This document shows positions 9,113 to 17,356 of a stretch of 32,000 nucleotides of DNA, piece by piece; the stretch's first letter is position 1, and each line of letters starts with the position of its first letter. Origin of the DNA: Planctopirus limnophila DSM 3776 (lineage in GTDB: Bacteria; Planctomycetota; Planctomycetia; Planctomycetales; Planctomycetaceae). The notes under the pieces were generated by a model. It was given only the letters and a program-made list of their open reading frames with translations. It did no database searches and was not told the DNA's origin. A program made the translations under genes and the position numbers. Location of the stretch: the NCBI RefSeq assembly GCF_000092105.1, contig NC_014148.1:4020001-4052000 (forward strand), written 5' to 3'.

Positions 9113-10279
9113 TCAACGGTCCATCCACTTCTGGATCGCCAGCTTCAATTTCTGTTCGACCCGCTCCTTCAGTGCCACAAAGTAGTGGGCATCTTCTGTG
9201 AGGCCTGCTGTGCTGGCAAACCGAATCAGTGGATCGAGCAGCCATAACTCGGTGGGAGAAAGCTCTGGTTTCAATGTCCCAGCCTCTAGTTGCGACTGGA
9301 TCCATTTCAAACTCGAAGGGACATGCTCGCGGGGCCCTTGAGCAATCTTTAAAGCCTCTTCGTAGATCTCTTCGAAAGATTCGTCTGGCCTGTAGGCCCT
9401 GAGTGCTCTCCCCACAGCCACCACATGCCGGGCCAGTTCACGAACTTCCACCCACTCCTCTTCGGGATAGATCTCTCGAATCTTCAGCAAATGGAACGTC
9501 CCATCCGCATCAATGGCTTTGATCTGCCCCAGCAGATTCCCCCACAGATTCACCAGAGCCTTATCGAACTCTGCCCGGACAGCCGGTGCCGATTCGGCAA
9601 CTTCGAACCAGCCTCCCAGATTCGTCAGTACTTCGGCACACCAGCGGCGATGTGCCAGATCTCCACCGGCTAGAATTGTGCGACCAGCCGGGCCGCAATG
9701 ATAGATCGCCTCGGCACCTGTCCCTTCCCGATGGCCCGTCTGCATCGTCACACCACGCAGCAGCTTGCCCACAATCTGGCCCATGGCACCACTCCACAGA
9801 TCGGGCAAACGACCGTAGAGCATCGACTCTTCCAGCAGTTCCACCAGAAACCGCCGCACGCGCTCGTGGTAAATCCCGTTACTGCACAGCACCAGAATGG
9901 GCAAGCGGCTCACGGCCACATCCAATCGTGATGTTTCCGCCAGTCGCTCGAGAAGTTGGACATACTCCTGCATCACCACCAGCAGTTGATCGGTCTGCGT
10001 GCAGACCAGCAGAATCTCAGGAATCCACTGCTGCTCCACACACTTTTGCAGTTCGGGCCGACAGACCTCATCGACCGTCAACGGATAGGTCGTACCATCC
10101 GCAGCGAATGCGAGAATCCCTCCGGCTCCCCACGATGCACTTCGCGTCGCTCCCTTTCTCTGGATGAACTGCACGCTTCCATCCAGCCGGCAAAGCCCGC
10201 GTGTGAGATGATAAAAGTAAGCCGCTCCCAGAGCACCCACAGGGAGAATGCCAATGTTCGCCCGGCTTGAGCCCGTCAT
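9113..10279 (-). CDS. Ketopantoate-reductase (ApbA/PanE)-family-like NAD(P)-dependent oxidoreductase, function unknown
   Basis: 388-aa ORF with ATG at 10279. It has a Rossmann-like N-terminus (NIGILPVGALGAAYFYHL), an internal LVLCSNGI, an FDKALVNLWGNLLGQ segment (cf. W.Kl..N...N of PanE) and SLKWIQSQLEAGTLKPELSPTELWLLDPLIRFA (cf. S...D...gr.tE.d). These are eye-level resemblances only. It is longer than typical PanE. Confidence 0.45.
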   Translation of the reverse strand: MTGSSRANIGILPVGALGAAYFYHLTRGLCRLDGSVQFIQRKGATRSASWGAGGILAFAADGTTYPLTVDEVCRPELQKCVEQQWIPEILLVCTQTDQLLVVMQEYVQLLERLAETSRLDVAVSRLPILVLCSNGIYHERVRRFLVELLEESMLYGRLPDLWSGAMGQIVGKLLRGVTMQTGHREGTGAEAIYHCGPAGRTILAGGDLAHRRWCAEVLTNLGGWFEVAESAPAVRAEFDKALVNLWGNLLGQIKAIDADGTFHLLKIREIYPEEEWVEVRELARHVVAVGRALRAYRPDESFEEIYEEALKIAQGPREHVPSSLKWIQSQLEAGTLKPELSPTELWLLDPLIRFASTAGLTEDAHYFVALKERVEQKLKLAIQKWMDR

Positions 10280-10689
10280 GACAGCTCCTGCATTTGAGCG
10301 AGGGCATCGCGTGTGGCAGCAGGATAGGCCGTCTTGAGAATCAGCATCGCTGGTCGGCCGCGTTCGGCTGTCGAAGCATAGGCGTATTCGATGTTGATAT
10401 CGGCCGCCGCGAGGGCTTCACCCACCGTCGCCAGATTGCCGACGCCGTCAGTCATTTCGAGAACGACGACTTCCGCTTCCACAACGGGCAAACCGGCACC
10501 CGTCAGCGCTTCTCTCGTCGCGGTCGGGTTGTCGGTCACCAGCCGCACCATCCCCTGCTCGACGTTATCAATCACACTGAAGGCTCGTATGTGAATGTTC
10601 CTGCCAGCCAGTAACCGGCCCACCTGTCCCAGTCTTCCGGGCTGATTTTCAATGGCAATACTGAGTTGCCTTTGGATATCGACCTGCAT
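10276..10689 (-). CDS. ACT domain-containing protein (tandem ACT-like small-molecule-binding modules)
   Basis: ATG at 10689 (MQVDIQRQLSIAIENQPGRLGQVGRLLAGRNIHIRAFSVID) is preceded by AAGGTG. A second repeat follows (VVVLEMTDGVGNLATVGEALAAADINIEYAYAS). Its stop overlaps the start of the downstream gene as ATGA (10276-10279). Confidence 0.7.
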   Translation of the reverse strand: MQVDIQRQLSIAIENQPGRLGQVGRLLAGRNIHIRAFSVIDNVEQGMVRLVTDNPTATREALTGAGLPVVEAEVVVLEMTDGVGNLATVGEALAAADINIEYAYASTAERGRPAMLILKTAYPAATRDALAQMQELS

Positions 10690-11010
10690 GATTACGCACC
10701 TTCGCCAGCACACGCGTCGCCCGACATCATCTGCGGGACATTGTTCACTTTGCCGACTGATTCTACTCACTCCCATCGTTGATCAACAGCCACTCATCGT
10801 CGCCCCTTGCCAACAAAACTGTGAACTTATCATCTGGCGAACTGACCTTTTTCACAGTATTGTCCATGTGGAATTGTCCATGCAGTATTGTCCACGCAGT
10901 ATCTTCATCCAGAGGCCGCCACGCACTCACCTGTTTTCGTGTTTGCAATTCCTTGCCACGCAGTCATCCCTCCGCATTTACGCTCAATACTTGCCCACCC
11001 GGAAATACTG

Positions 11011-13884
11011 ATGAGAACTCCCACGCTGGCTATCTGCATATCCGCACTTCATATGCTGGGCCTTTGCCTCCCGATCCTGGACTTGAGCCCTGAGCTTGAG
11101 GCCAGCGATCCTCCGCGACCTTCCACGGCCACAGCAAATGCCGACTGGCTGTTGAATCCGGCTCCCTATCGCAGCCAGATCCAGACAGTTCCGCCTGTCG
11201 ATCCCCTTCAAACCGAGGCCCATCCACCCACCGAAATTCGCCTTTCCAACGGACTGGCCGAACGTGTCTGGCTGGTCTCACCTCAAGTGGCCACCACCAG
11301 CCTGAAGCTCCTCTCCACGGGCGAAGAGTATGTGCGGGCTGTGGGGCCGGAAGCTCGCCTCACCATCGATGGCCAGAGTTATCCCATCGGCGGATTAACG
11401 GGCCAGCCCGTCAAGAATTACCTCAAACGAGAATGGCTTTCTCAACTGAAACCACTACCAGCCAGCTACACCTTCGTCGCTTATCAGACAGGCCCGATCG
11501 AGGAGCGATTTGCCTGGAAGAAGCGGCCCGAATGGATGCCCCGCGACCTCCCATGGCCTCCTCCGGGTCAACACCTCACACTGCAATTCGCACCACCAGC
11601 CATGCCACTACAGATAGAAACTGGCAAAGTCCTCTTTCAAGAACGTTTTGGCGAGAACTCCCCCGCTTCCAAAATCGATGCCGGTTGGAAACCGACGGTC
11701 AGTACCAAACATCCGCGCACGTCGTACCACAATGAAGGCAAAGCCGGCGAGCTGATGGCTCTGCCCGATACCTGCGTCTATCTCGAACGCGCATGGCCCA
11801 CAGAAGCTGCCAGCGTTGAACTGACCATCGACTGTGGCGACGACAGCCAAGCCAACTCCTGGGGCCCCGGCCTCGCCTGGAAGTTCCCAGAAGGAACCAT
11901 CAGCCTCGTCGCCAGACCACACAGCCAGCAGTTTGAATTCTATGGTCTCCAGGGGGGCGAGCAGTTGCTGGGTCAGTTCGATCGCACTCAGGCGATCACC
12001 TTACGACTCTCTCTCCAGCAAAACGAGGTTGTGTGCGAAGCAGCTCAAAAGGGGGCCTCGTTTCAATCACTGGCTCGTATCCCCGTCACTTCTCATCCAC
12101 AGACATTGCGAATCGGAAAGATCGGCAAACATGGCGACGGTAAAGACTATCCGACGGCCCGCGGCGAACCATATCGCAGCCACTTGCACGAAGTGATTCT
12201 CCGCGCAAAACCCACTTCGTTAGCGAAACCAGCTCTTGCCGATCTTCCCCAGGTGGAGATGCATTACGAGATCTACGACGGACTGCCTCTTTTTTCCAAG
12301 TGGATGGTGGTCAACAACACGACCTCACGCCCGGTGGTGATCGATCAATTTGTTTCCGAAGAGTTGCGTCTGGTCGAAGTCGAATCGAGTGTCGAAGATG
12401 CCACACTCACCGAGCGCTACAATCTGCATGTTGAAAGTGAGTATGCCTTCCACGCCATGGATGCCGCCCATGCCTGCGAAGCGGGTGTCCGCATTCAAAC
12501 CGATCCCGATTATCCCACTCAGGTAAACTATCGCAAACAGACGCGCTGCCTGCTTGAAGCCTCTCCTCTTCTAGGCCCAGGGATTCACTTACCTCCCGGC
12601 CAACGCTTCAACACTTACCGCGTTTATGAATTGCTGCTCGATTCAACCGATCGCGAGCGACGCGGCCTGGCTCAACGCCGGATGTATCGCACCCTCGCAC
12701 CTTGGGTTACCGAAAACCCACTCATGTTCCACAAAGTTCAAAGCGATCCGACATCAATCCGCGAAGCCATCACCCAATGTGCCGATACAGGCTTCGAGAT
12801 GATCATCATGTCGTTTGGCTCCGGGGTGAACCTCGAAAACTCGAATGCCGCCTACCGCCAGAAGTATCGCCAACTCGCCGATGACGCCCGCCAGAAAGGC
12901 ATTGCTTTAGGTGGCTATACACTCACCGGTTCGCGCAGTGCCGGAACACCCGCAGACAACACTCAAGGGGCTCCGGCAGCTTTCGGAGTCATGCCTTGCC
13001 TGGGCTCGGCCTGGGGACGCGATTATCTCCAGCGGGTCAAAGATTTTCTCTTTGATGCCGGCCTGAGTGTCCTCGAAAACGACGGGCCTTACCCGGGCGA
13101 TCTTTGTCATGCCACCTCACACCCGCATCATCATGGTTTGGCCGATTCGCAATGGGTGCAGTGGGAAGCACAGTCAGATCTGTACCGCTGGTGCAGAAGA
13201 CAAGGCATCTATGTCAATCAGCCCGACTGGTACTTCCTGAATGGTGGCAACAAAACGGGCATGGGTTACCGCGAAACCAACTGGTCGCTTCCACGAGCCG
13301 AGCAGGAAATCATTGAACGTCAAAACATTTATGATGGCACGTGGACGAAAACGCAGTCGATGGGCTGGATGTTCGTACCACTCAGCCAGTATCACGGCGG
13401 TGGTGCAGCGGCCACCATTGAACCACTGGCTGAACATCTCGACCATTACGAAGCCAGACTCGCCAATCTGATCGGCTCAGGAACTCAAGCCTGCTATCGC
13501 GGTCCCAGACTTTACGACACGCAGGCCACGCGTGAGGTTGTCTGCAAATGGACACGCTTCTTTAAAGATCATCGTGAAGTCCTCGGCGGCGATCTCATTC
13601 ATCTCCGGCGAGCCAATGGCCGCGACTGGGATGGCTGGATGACGGTGAATCCGGCAGGTCGTGAACGAGGCCTGGCCTTTTTCTATAACCCGCTCGAAAC
13701 AGAAGTTCGCCAGACCATACAGCTCCCCGTCTACTACACCGGTCTCACAGCGAAGGCCCGTGTCACGATGGAAAAAGGCTCGTCACAGGTCATGCCCATC
13801 AGCACTGAACATCAGCTTGCATTTGAACTGGCAATTCCCCCACGCAGCAGAACCTGGGTGCTGCTCGAAGAGGCTGTTGAATAA
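11011..13884 (+). CDS. Large secreted protein of unknown function (~957 aa); the C-terminal half could be a TIM-barrel hydrolase-like domain
   Basis: ATG at 11011 gives MRTPTLAICISALHMLGLCLPIL, a signal peptide. The longer ORF from 10888 has no such feature. The C-terminal half alternates hydrophobic strands with helices (GFEMIIMSFGSG, GIALGGYTL, LSVLENDGPYPGD) and has a His cluster, CHATSHPHHHGLADSQW. I do not recognise a family. Confidence 0.6.
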   Translation: MRTPTLAICISALHMLGLCLPILDLSPELEASDPPRPSTATANADWLLNPAPYRSQIQTVPPVDPLQTEAHPPTEIRLSNGLAERVWLVSPQVATTSLKLLSTGEEYVRAVGPEARLTIDGQSYPIGGLTGQPVKNYLKREWLSQLKPLPASYTFVAYQTGPIEERFAWKKRPEWMPRDLPWPPPGQHLTLQFAPPAMPLQIETGKVLFQERFGENSPASKIDAGWKPTVSTKHPRTSYHNEGKAGELMALPDTCVYLERAWPTEAASVELTIDCGDDSQANSWGPGLAWKFPEGTISLVARPHSQQFEFYGLQGGEQLLGQFDRTQAITLRLSLQQNEVVCEAAQKGASFQSLARIPVTSHPQTLRIGKIGKHGDGKDYPTARGEPYRSHLHEVILRAKPTSLAKPALADLPQVEMHYEIYDGLPLFSKWMVVNNTTSRPVVIDQFVSEELRLVEVESSVEDATLTERYNLHVESEYAFHAMDAAHACEAGVRIQTDPDYPTQVNYRKQTRCLLEASPLLGPGIHLPPGQRFNTYRVYELLLDSTDRERRGLAQRRMYRTLAPWVTENPLMFHKVQSDPTSIREAITQCADTGFEMIIMSFGSGVNLENSNAAYRQKYRQLADDARQKGIALGGYTLTGSRSAGTPADNTQGAPAAFGVMPCLGSAWGRDYLQRVKDFLFDAGLSVLENDGPYPGDLCHATSHPHHHGLADSQWVQWEAQSDLYRWCRRQGIYVNQPDWYFLNGGNKTGMGYRETNWSLPRAEQEIIERQNIYDGTWTKTQSMGWMFVPLSQYHGGGAAATIEPLAEHLDHYEARLANLIGSGTQACYRGPRLYDTQATREVVCKWTRFFKDHREVLGGDLIHLRRANGRDWDGWMTVNPAGRERGLAFFYNPLETEVRQTIQLPVYYTGLTAKARVTMEKGSSQVMPISTEHQLAFELAIPPRSRTWVLLEEAVE

Positions 13885-13891
13885 GCGAGGT

Positions 13892-14965
13892 CTAAACATG
13901 CAGGTGCAACCTCTGCTGACCATAGGTTTCTCCCTGCCAGTACCAGTGAGCCAGATGTCGCAACTTGCCCGGTTCTTCCGGCAATTCAATGAACAGAAAT
14001 GGATCAGCCGTGATGATCACCGCTGGAGTTGTGAGCAATGGCAGAAGCTTCGCGAGAAGCATGACAGGCATGACCAGTCCACCTGGTGCTAATCCTGCCA
14101 GAAATGTCGGCGTATAAGCTTTCGCAAAATTTTCGAGTGTCAGAAGTGCTTCGGCCCCGGTTTCCATCGATTGCCCCAGTCGGGTGGTATGCTCAGGAAT
14201 CTTCGTGAACGAACAGCCATACCGGCACTGCTCGATTTCGGCTTTGGCCATCGCCCGCAAACGTTGCCGCGCATCTCGACGAGCGATCTGCCACGACTTT
14301 TTGATCCCATTCAGCATGTTCTCCACAATGGTGGCAACAGCCTGGACAGCGGCCCACGACATGAGGGGAATTGCCAGCACACCCGCCACCAGCTTGAACA
14401 GCCAGCCGTACCTTAGAGCCTGCTTCTGAGCCGACTGGATCCGCTTCTGCGCTTCGAGTTGAACTTCTTCAGCCGTGACAGGGATGGGAAGCCCGTCCTG
14501 ATTGACTCGATCGCTGAAGAGTGGCACGCCAAACCAGACGGTGGAATCCGGATGCTGCTGGTAAGCCCGTGTGACAGCATCCATCACCAGAGCCGGAGGA
14601 TTATCAGGAATCTGCGAAGGATTGCGTACCATTGTCATCACCAGATCCGAATGCCCCTGGATCCATAGCGATTTTTCGATCAGGTGCACAATCCGATACT
14701 CTTCGACCAACTGGGGGTTTCGAGAGAGGACATGGTTTACAAATTGAGGATCACGAATCTGCTTTCGATTGCCGCGTAGCGCCAATGCGACGGCCAGTGT
14801 CTGAATGGCATCCGCCTTCAATATGGTGAGTGGCTGCCGCAAAAATGCCTGCAAACCAAAAGAGGAAACATCATCCAGCCAATCGGCTGTGACCCACTCT
14901 GGCCGGTTGGATACCACCTGTCCCTGCGAACGACGAGCCTTACGACGTGCGAGTTGCTGTGCCAT
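13892..14965 (-). CDS. Hypothetical protein with two predicted TM segments
   Basis: 357-aa ORF with ATG at 14965 and a basic N-terminus (MAQQLARRKARRSQG). Hydrophobic segments are GWLFKLVAGVLAIPLMSWAAVQAVATIV and LAGLAPGGLVMPVMLLAKLLPLLTTPAVII. No recognisable motif. Its stop is only 7 nt from the convergent upstream gene's stop. Confidence 0.55.
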   Translation of the reverse strand: MAQQLARRKARRSQGQVVSNRPEWVTADWLDDVSSFGLQAFLRQPLTILKADAIQTLAVALALRGNRKQIRDPQFVNHVLSRNPQLVEEYRIVHLIEKSLWIQGHSDLVMTMVRNPSQIPDNPPALVMDAVTRAYQQHPDSTVWFGVPLFSDRVNQDGLPIPVTAEEVQLEAQKRIQSAQKQALRYGWLFKLVAGVLAIPLMSWAAVQAVATIVENMLNGIKKSWQIARRDARQRLRAMAKAEIEQCRYGCSFTKIPEHTTRLGQSMETGAEALLTLENFAKAYTPTFLAGLAPGGLVMPVMLLAKLLPLLTTPAVIITADPFLFIELPEEPGKLRHLAHWYWQGETYGQQRLHLHV

Positions 14966-15125
14966 ACCAAGCCCTTATCAGATGGTCACGAGGGATGCGA
15001 AAGCATTGATAGGAAGTGAAGACTTCAGACAGACAGGAGCGAACAGAGCGGACTTTGGTTGCCGCTACTTACTTCTCTCCATACAGGATGAGTGACGACG
15101 AAAAAATTGTCTAAGAAAATCTTCC

Positions 15126-15172
15126 AAAAATAAAAACTCAGGGCAGAACGACTGGTGCCGTCTGCCCTGAGT
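15126..15172 (-). terminator. Rho-independent terminator downstream of the halogenase-like gene
   Basis: A perfect 12-bp inverted repeat, actcagggcaga (15136-15147) / tctgccctgagt (15161-15172), has a 13-nt loop. On the minus strand it is followed immediately by TTTTATTTTT (complement of 15126-15135). It starts 38 nt after the stop at 15211. Confidence 0.8.
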
Positions 15173-15210
15173 TCAAAAATCAATGTTTGGGAAAAACGAT
15201 TCCTTGCGAA

Positions 15211-16464
15211 TCAGGCGACCACGGGTTGGGCAGCCATTTCCTCGAGCATTGAATCGACTTTATCGAGTGTTAGATCCAGTTCAGCGCGGAAGAGATCGCC
15301 CATCAGCAGATCCGTAATATCGTCCTTGGTTTCCGGATACTTCATGATCAGCTTGCCAAAGTTCATACCCTTATAATAGGCCAGCACCAGCTTTCTCATC
15401 CGCTCCATGCCTAGCACATACTCGGGCTCCCAGGCACCGAGTGTCGTACGGGTTAAATCATTGGTGACCAAGCCCTGATGGACGGCATCAGCCGCCAGTT
15501 CACCCGATTTCACGGCCAGCAACACACCGGAAGAATAGAGCGGATCGAGAAAACCATAGGCATCACCAATCAGCACCCACCCCTGCCCTGCTGCCTGCTT
15601 TGCCCGATAGGAATATTCCTTGGCAGCCCGATACTGATCACATCGCTCGGCACCCTCCAATCGAACTTTCACACCCGGGCAGTGATCCACCTCTTCCTGG
15701 AAGAGTTCTCCCAGGTCTTTTGTGCGCTGCTTGTTAAAAAGATGCGAGAAATCTGCGACAACACCCACACTGGTAATGTTGTCGTGCAGCGGGATGTACC
15801 AGAACCAGCCTTTCTTACCTTCTGTCTGAATGACAGAGGTTGCACCGCCATTCTCACCCTCATCTCGCCAGGCATTTTTGTAGTAGGTCCAGACGGCGGC
15901 TTTTTTCAGTTCGCTATCCCATGTCCTCAATTGCAGGCGATCGAGCAGCACTGAGCTTTGGCCACTCCCATCAATCACCACCTGGGCTCGCACCTGACGC
16001 TCTTCACCGGTCGCCTCATTTTTGACGCGTACTCCCACGCATCGATCGTCTTCAAAGATCGCTTCCAGCACACGATGATTCTCATGAACCTGCACGCCCG
16101 CCTCGCGAGCGTGATCCAGCAGCATCAGATCAAAATCGGCTCTGCGCACCTGCCATGTCTGCGAAGATTCGACGGGCTTGTACTGTGTAAAGAAAAATGG
16201 AGCCGAGACTTTGCCCGTATCACTCACAAACTGCACGCTGTATTTCTTAACGAAGTGGCTGTCTTTCAGTCGCTCGAGCAGCCCCGTGCGTGCAAAAACT
16301 CCATAGGTGCAGGGAATCAGCGATTCCCCGATATGGAATCGCGGAAAAACTTCCCGCTCGAACAACTGCACGCGATGACCAGCCTGCGCCAGAAGTGTCG
16401 CCGCTGTTGCACCCGCCGGGCCACCACCAATCACAATCACTTCAGGATCAAGGCTCTGGATCAT
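15211..16464 (-). CDS. FAD-dependent oxidoreductase of the flavin-dependent halogenase type (PltA/CmlS/PrnA-like signatures)
   Basis: 417-aa ORF with ATG at 16464. Signatures seen: GxGxxG (VIGGGPAG), FPRFHIGESLIP, Lys73/Lys74 in FVKKYSVQF, an exact WxWxIP motif (GWFWYIPL) and GDAYGFLDPLYSSGV. Confidence 0.75.
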   Translation of the reverse strand: MIQSLDPEVIVIGGGPAGATAATLLAQAGHRVQLFEREVFPRFHIGESLIPCTYGVFARTGLLERLKDSHFVKKYSVQFVSDTGKVSAPFFFTQYKPVESSQTWQVRRADFDLMLLDHAREAGVQVHENHRVLEAIFEDDRCVGVRVKNEATGEERQVRAQVVIDGSGQSSVLLDRLQLRTWDSELKKAAVWTYYKNAWRDEGENGGATSVIQTEGKKGWFWYIPLHDNITSVGVVADFSHLFNKQRTKDLGELFQEEVDHCPGVKVRLEGAERCDQYRAAKEYSYRAKQAAGQGWVLIGDAYGFLDPLYSSGVLLAVKSGELAADAVHQGLVTNDLTRTTLGAWEPEYVLGMERMRKLVLAYYKGMNFGKLIMKYPETKDDITDLLMGDLFRAELDLTLDKVDSMLEEMAAQPVVA

Positions 16465-16523
16465 CGCAGACCACCATCCAACAGAAGATCAAAACTTATT
16501 CACAGACCTTGTCAGCCAAAGTC

Positions 16524-16563
16524 GCCGACAATTAACAATTGTTTCAACAAGTATTTTGTCGGC
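16524..16563. repeat. Inverted repeat (8-bp arms, 24-nt spacer) in the divergent halogenase/Nudix intergenic region
   Basis: gccgacaa (16524-16531) and ttgtcggc (16556-16563) are exact reverse complements. The spacer contains the palindrome acaattgt. The element lies 60-100 nt upstream of the halogenase-like start. Its function is not established. Confidence 0.4.
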
Positions 16564-16781
16564 AACTCCCCCGATCGGCAAGAGGAAACTTTTTCATGAC
16601 TGATTGCCATGTTAGCCAGACTTGTCATAAAATTACGCAACTCCATTTATAATAAACACTTACGAAACCAAAATAACTTTTGTGCTGTGAACGAGGCCAG
16701 CACTTCCCATCGCGACAGAACCGCTACAATCCGCTGCAGCAACTCAAACATCCACAGAGCTCGATCTACAGAAAGCCGTTC

Positions 16782-17318
16782 ATGGAACACGCTCACTCCA
16801 CAGAAGAACTCTTTGATGTGGTCAACGAGGCTGACGAAGTGATCGACGTCTTGCCCAGATCAGTCGTCCATGCCCGTAAGCTCTGGCATCGCGCGGTTCA
16901 TGTCCTGGTCTTTAACTCAGCGGGCGAACTGCTGATTCATCAGCGGTCAGCACAAAAAGATGAGGAGCCACTCACCTGGAACTCCTCCTGCTCAGGCCAT
17001 GTCTCGGCAGGAGAAGATTACGACCTGGCCGCCAGACGTGAACTTCAGGAAGAGCTAGGGCTCGACACACCCATCGAAACGATCGGACAGCTCCCAGCCT
17101 CGCCCAAACTCGCTTACGAACACACACGAGTTTATCGCACGGTCACCGACCAGCCACCTGTCTTCGATCCCGGCGAAATTGCACAGGGCTGCTATCGCAC
17201 TCTCCCCGAAATCATGGCCGACGTCGCTGCCCGGCCATCAGTCTATTCCCAGCCATTTCGCACGATTCTCGCGTGGTACCAGGCAGAGCACCTCAACAAA
17301 CCATCGCCAAAGATTTAG
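16782..17318 (+). CDS. Nudix-family hydrolase, IDI-like (COG1443-type) subfamily
   Basis: ATG at 16782 (MEHAHSTEELFDVV). Nudix box: GHVSAGEDYDLAARRELQEELGL. The segment WHRAVHVLVFNSAGELLIHQRSAQKDEEPLTWNSSCSGHV parallels E. coli Idi [40 protein letters not shown] (from memory). Confidence 0.75.
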   Translation: MEHAHSTEELFDVVNEADEVIDVLPRSVVHARKLWHRAVHVLVFNSAGELLIHQRSAQKDEEPLTWNSSCSGHVSAGEDYDLAARRELQEELGLDTPIETIGQLPASPKLAYEHTRVYRTVTDQPPVFDPGEIAQGCYRTLPEIMADVAARPSVYSQPFRTILAWYQAEHLNKPSPKI

Positions 17319-17356
17319 TGCTTTTGATCGATGCCTAACGCAACGCAAAGGTCCCG

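Noticed and set aside
16610-16660. Sigma70-like promoter (TTGTCA ... TATAAT) upstream of the Nudix gene
   Set aside because: The spacing is 18-20 nt depending on register, and planctomycetal promoter consensus is poorly defined. This is too speculative to list as a feature.
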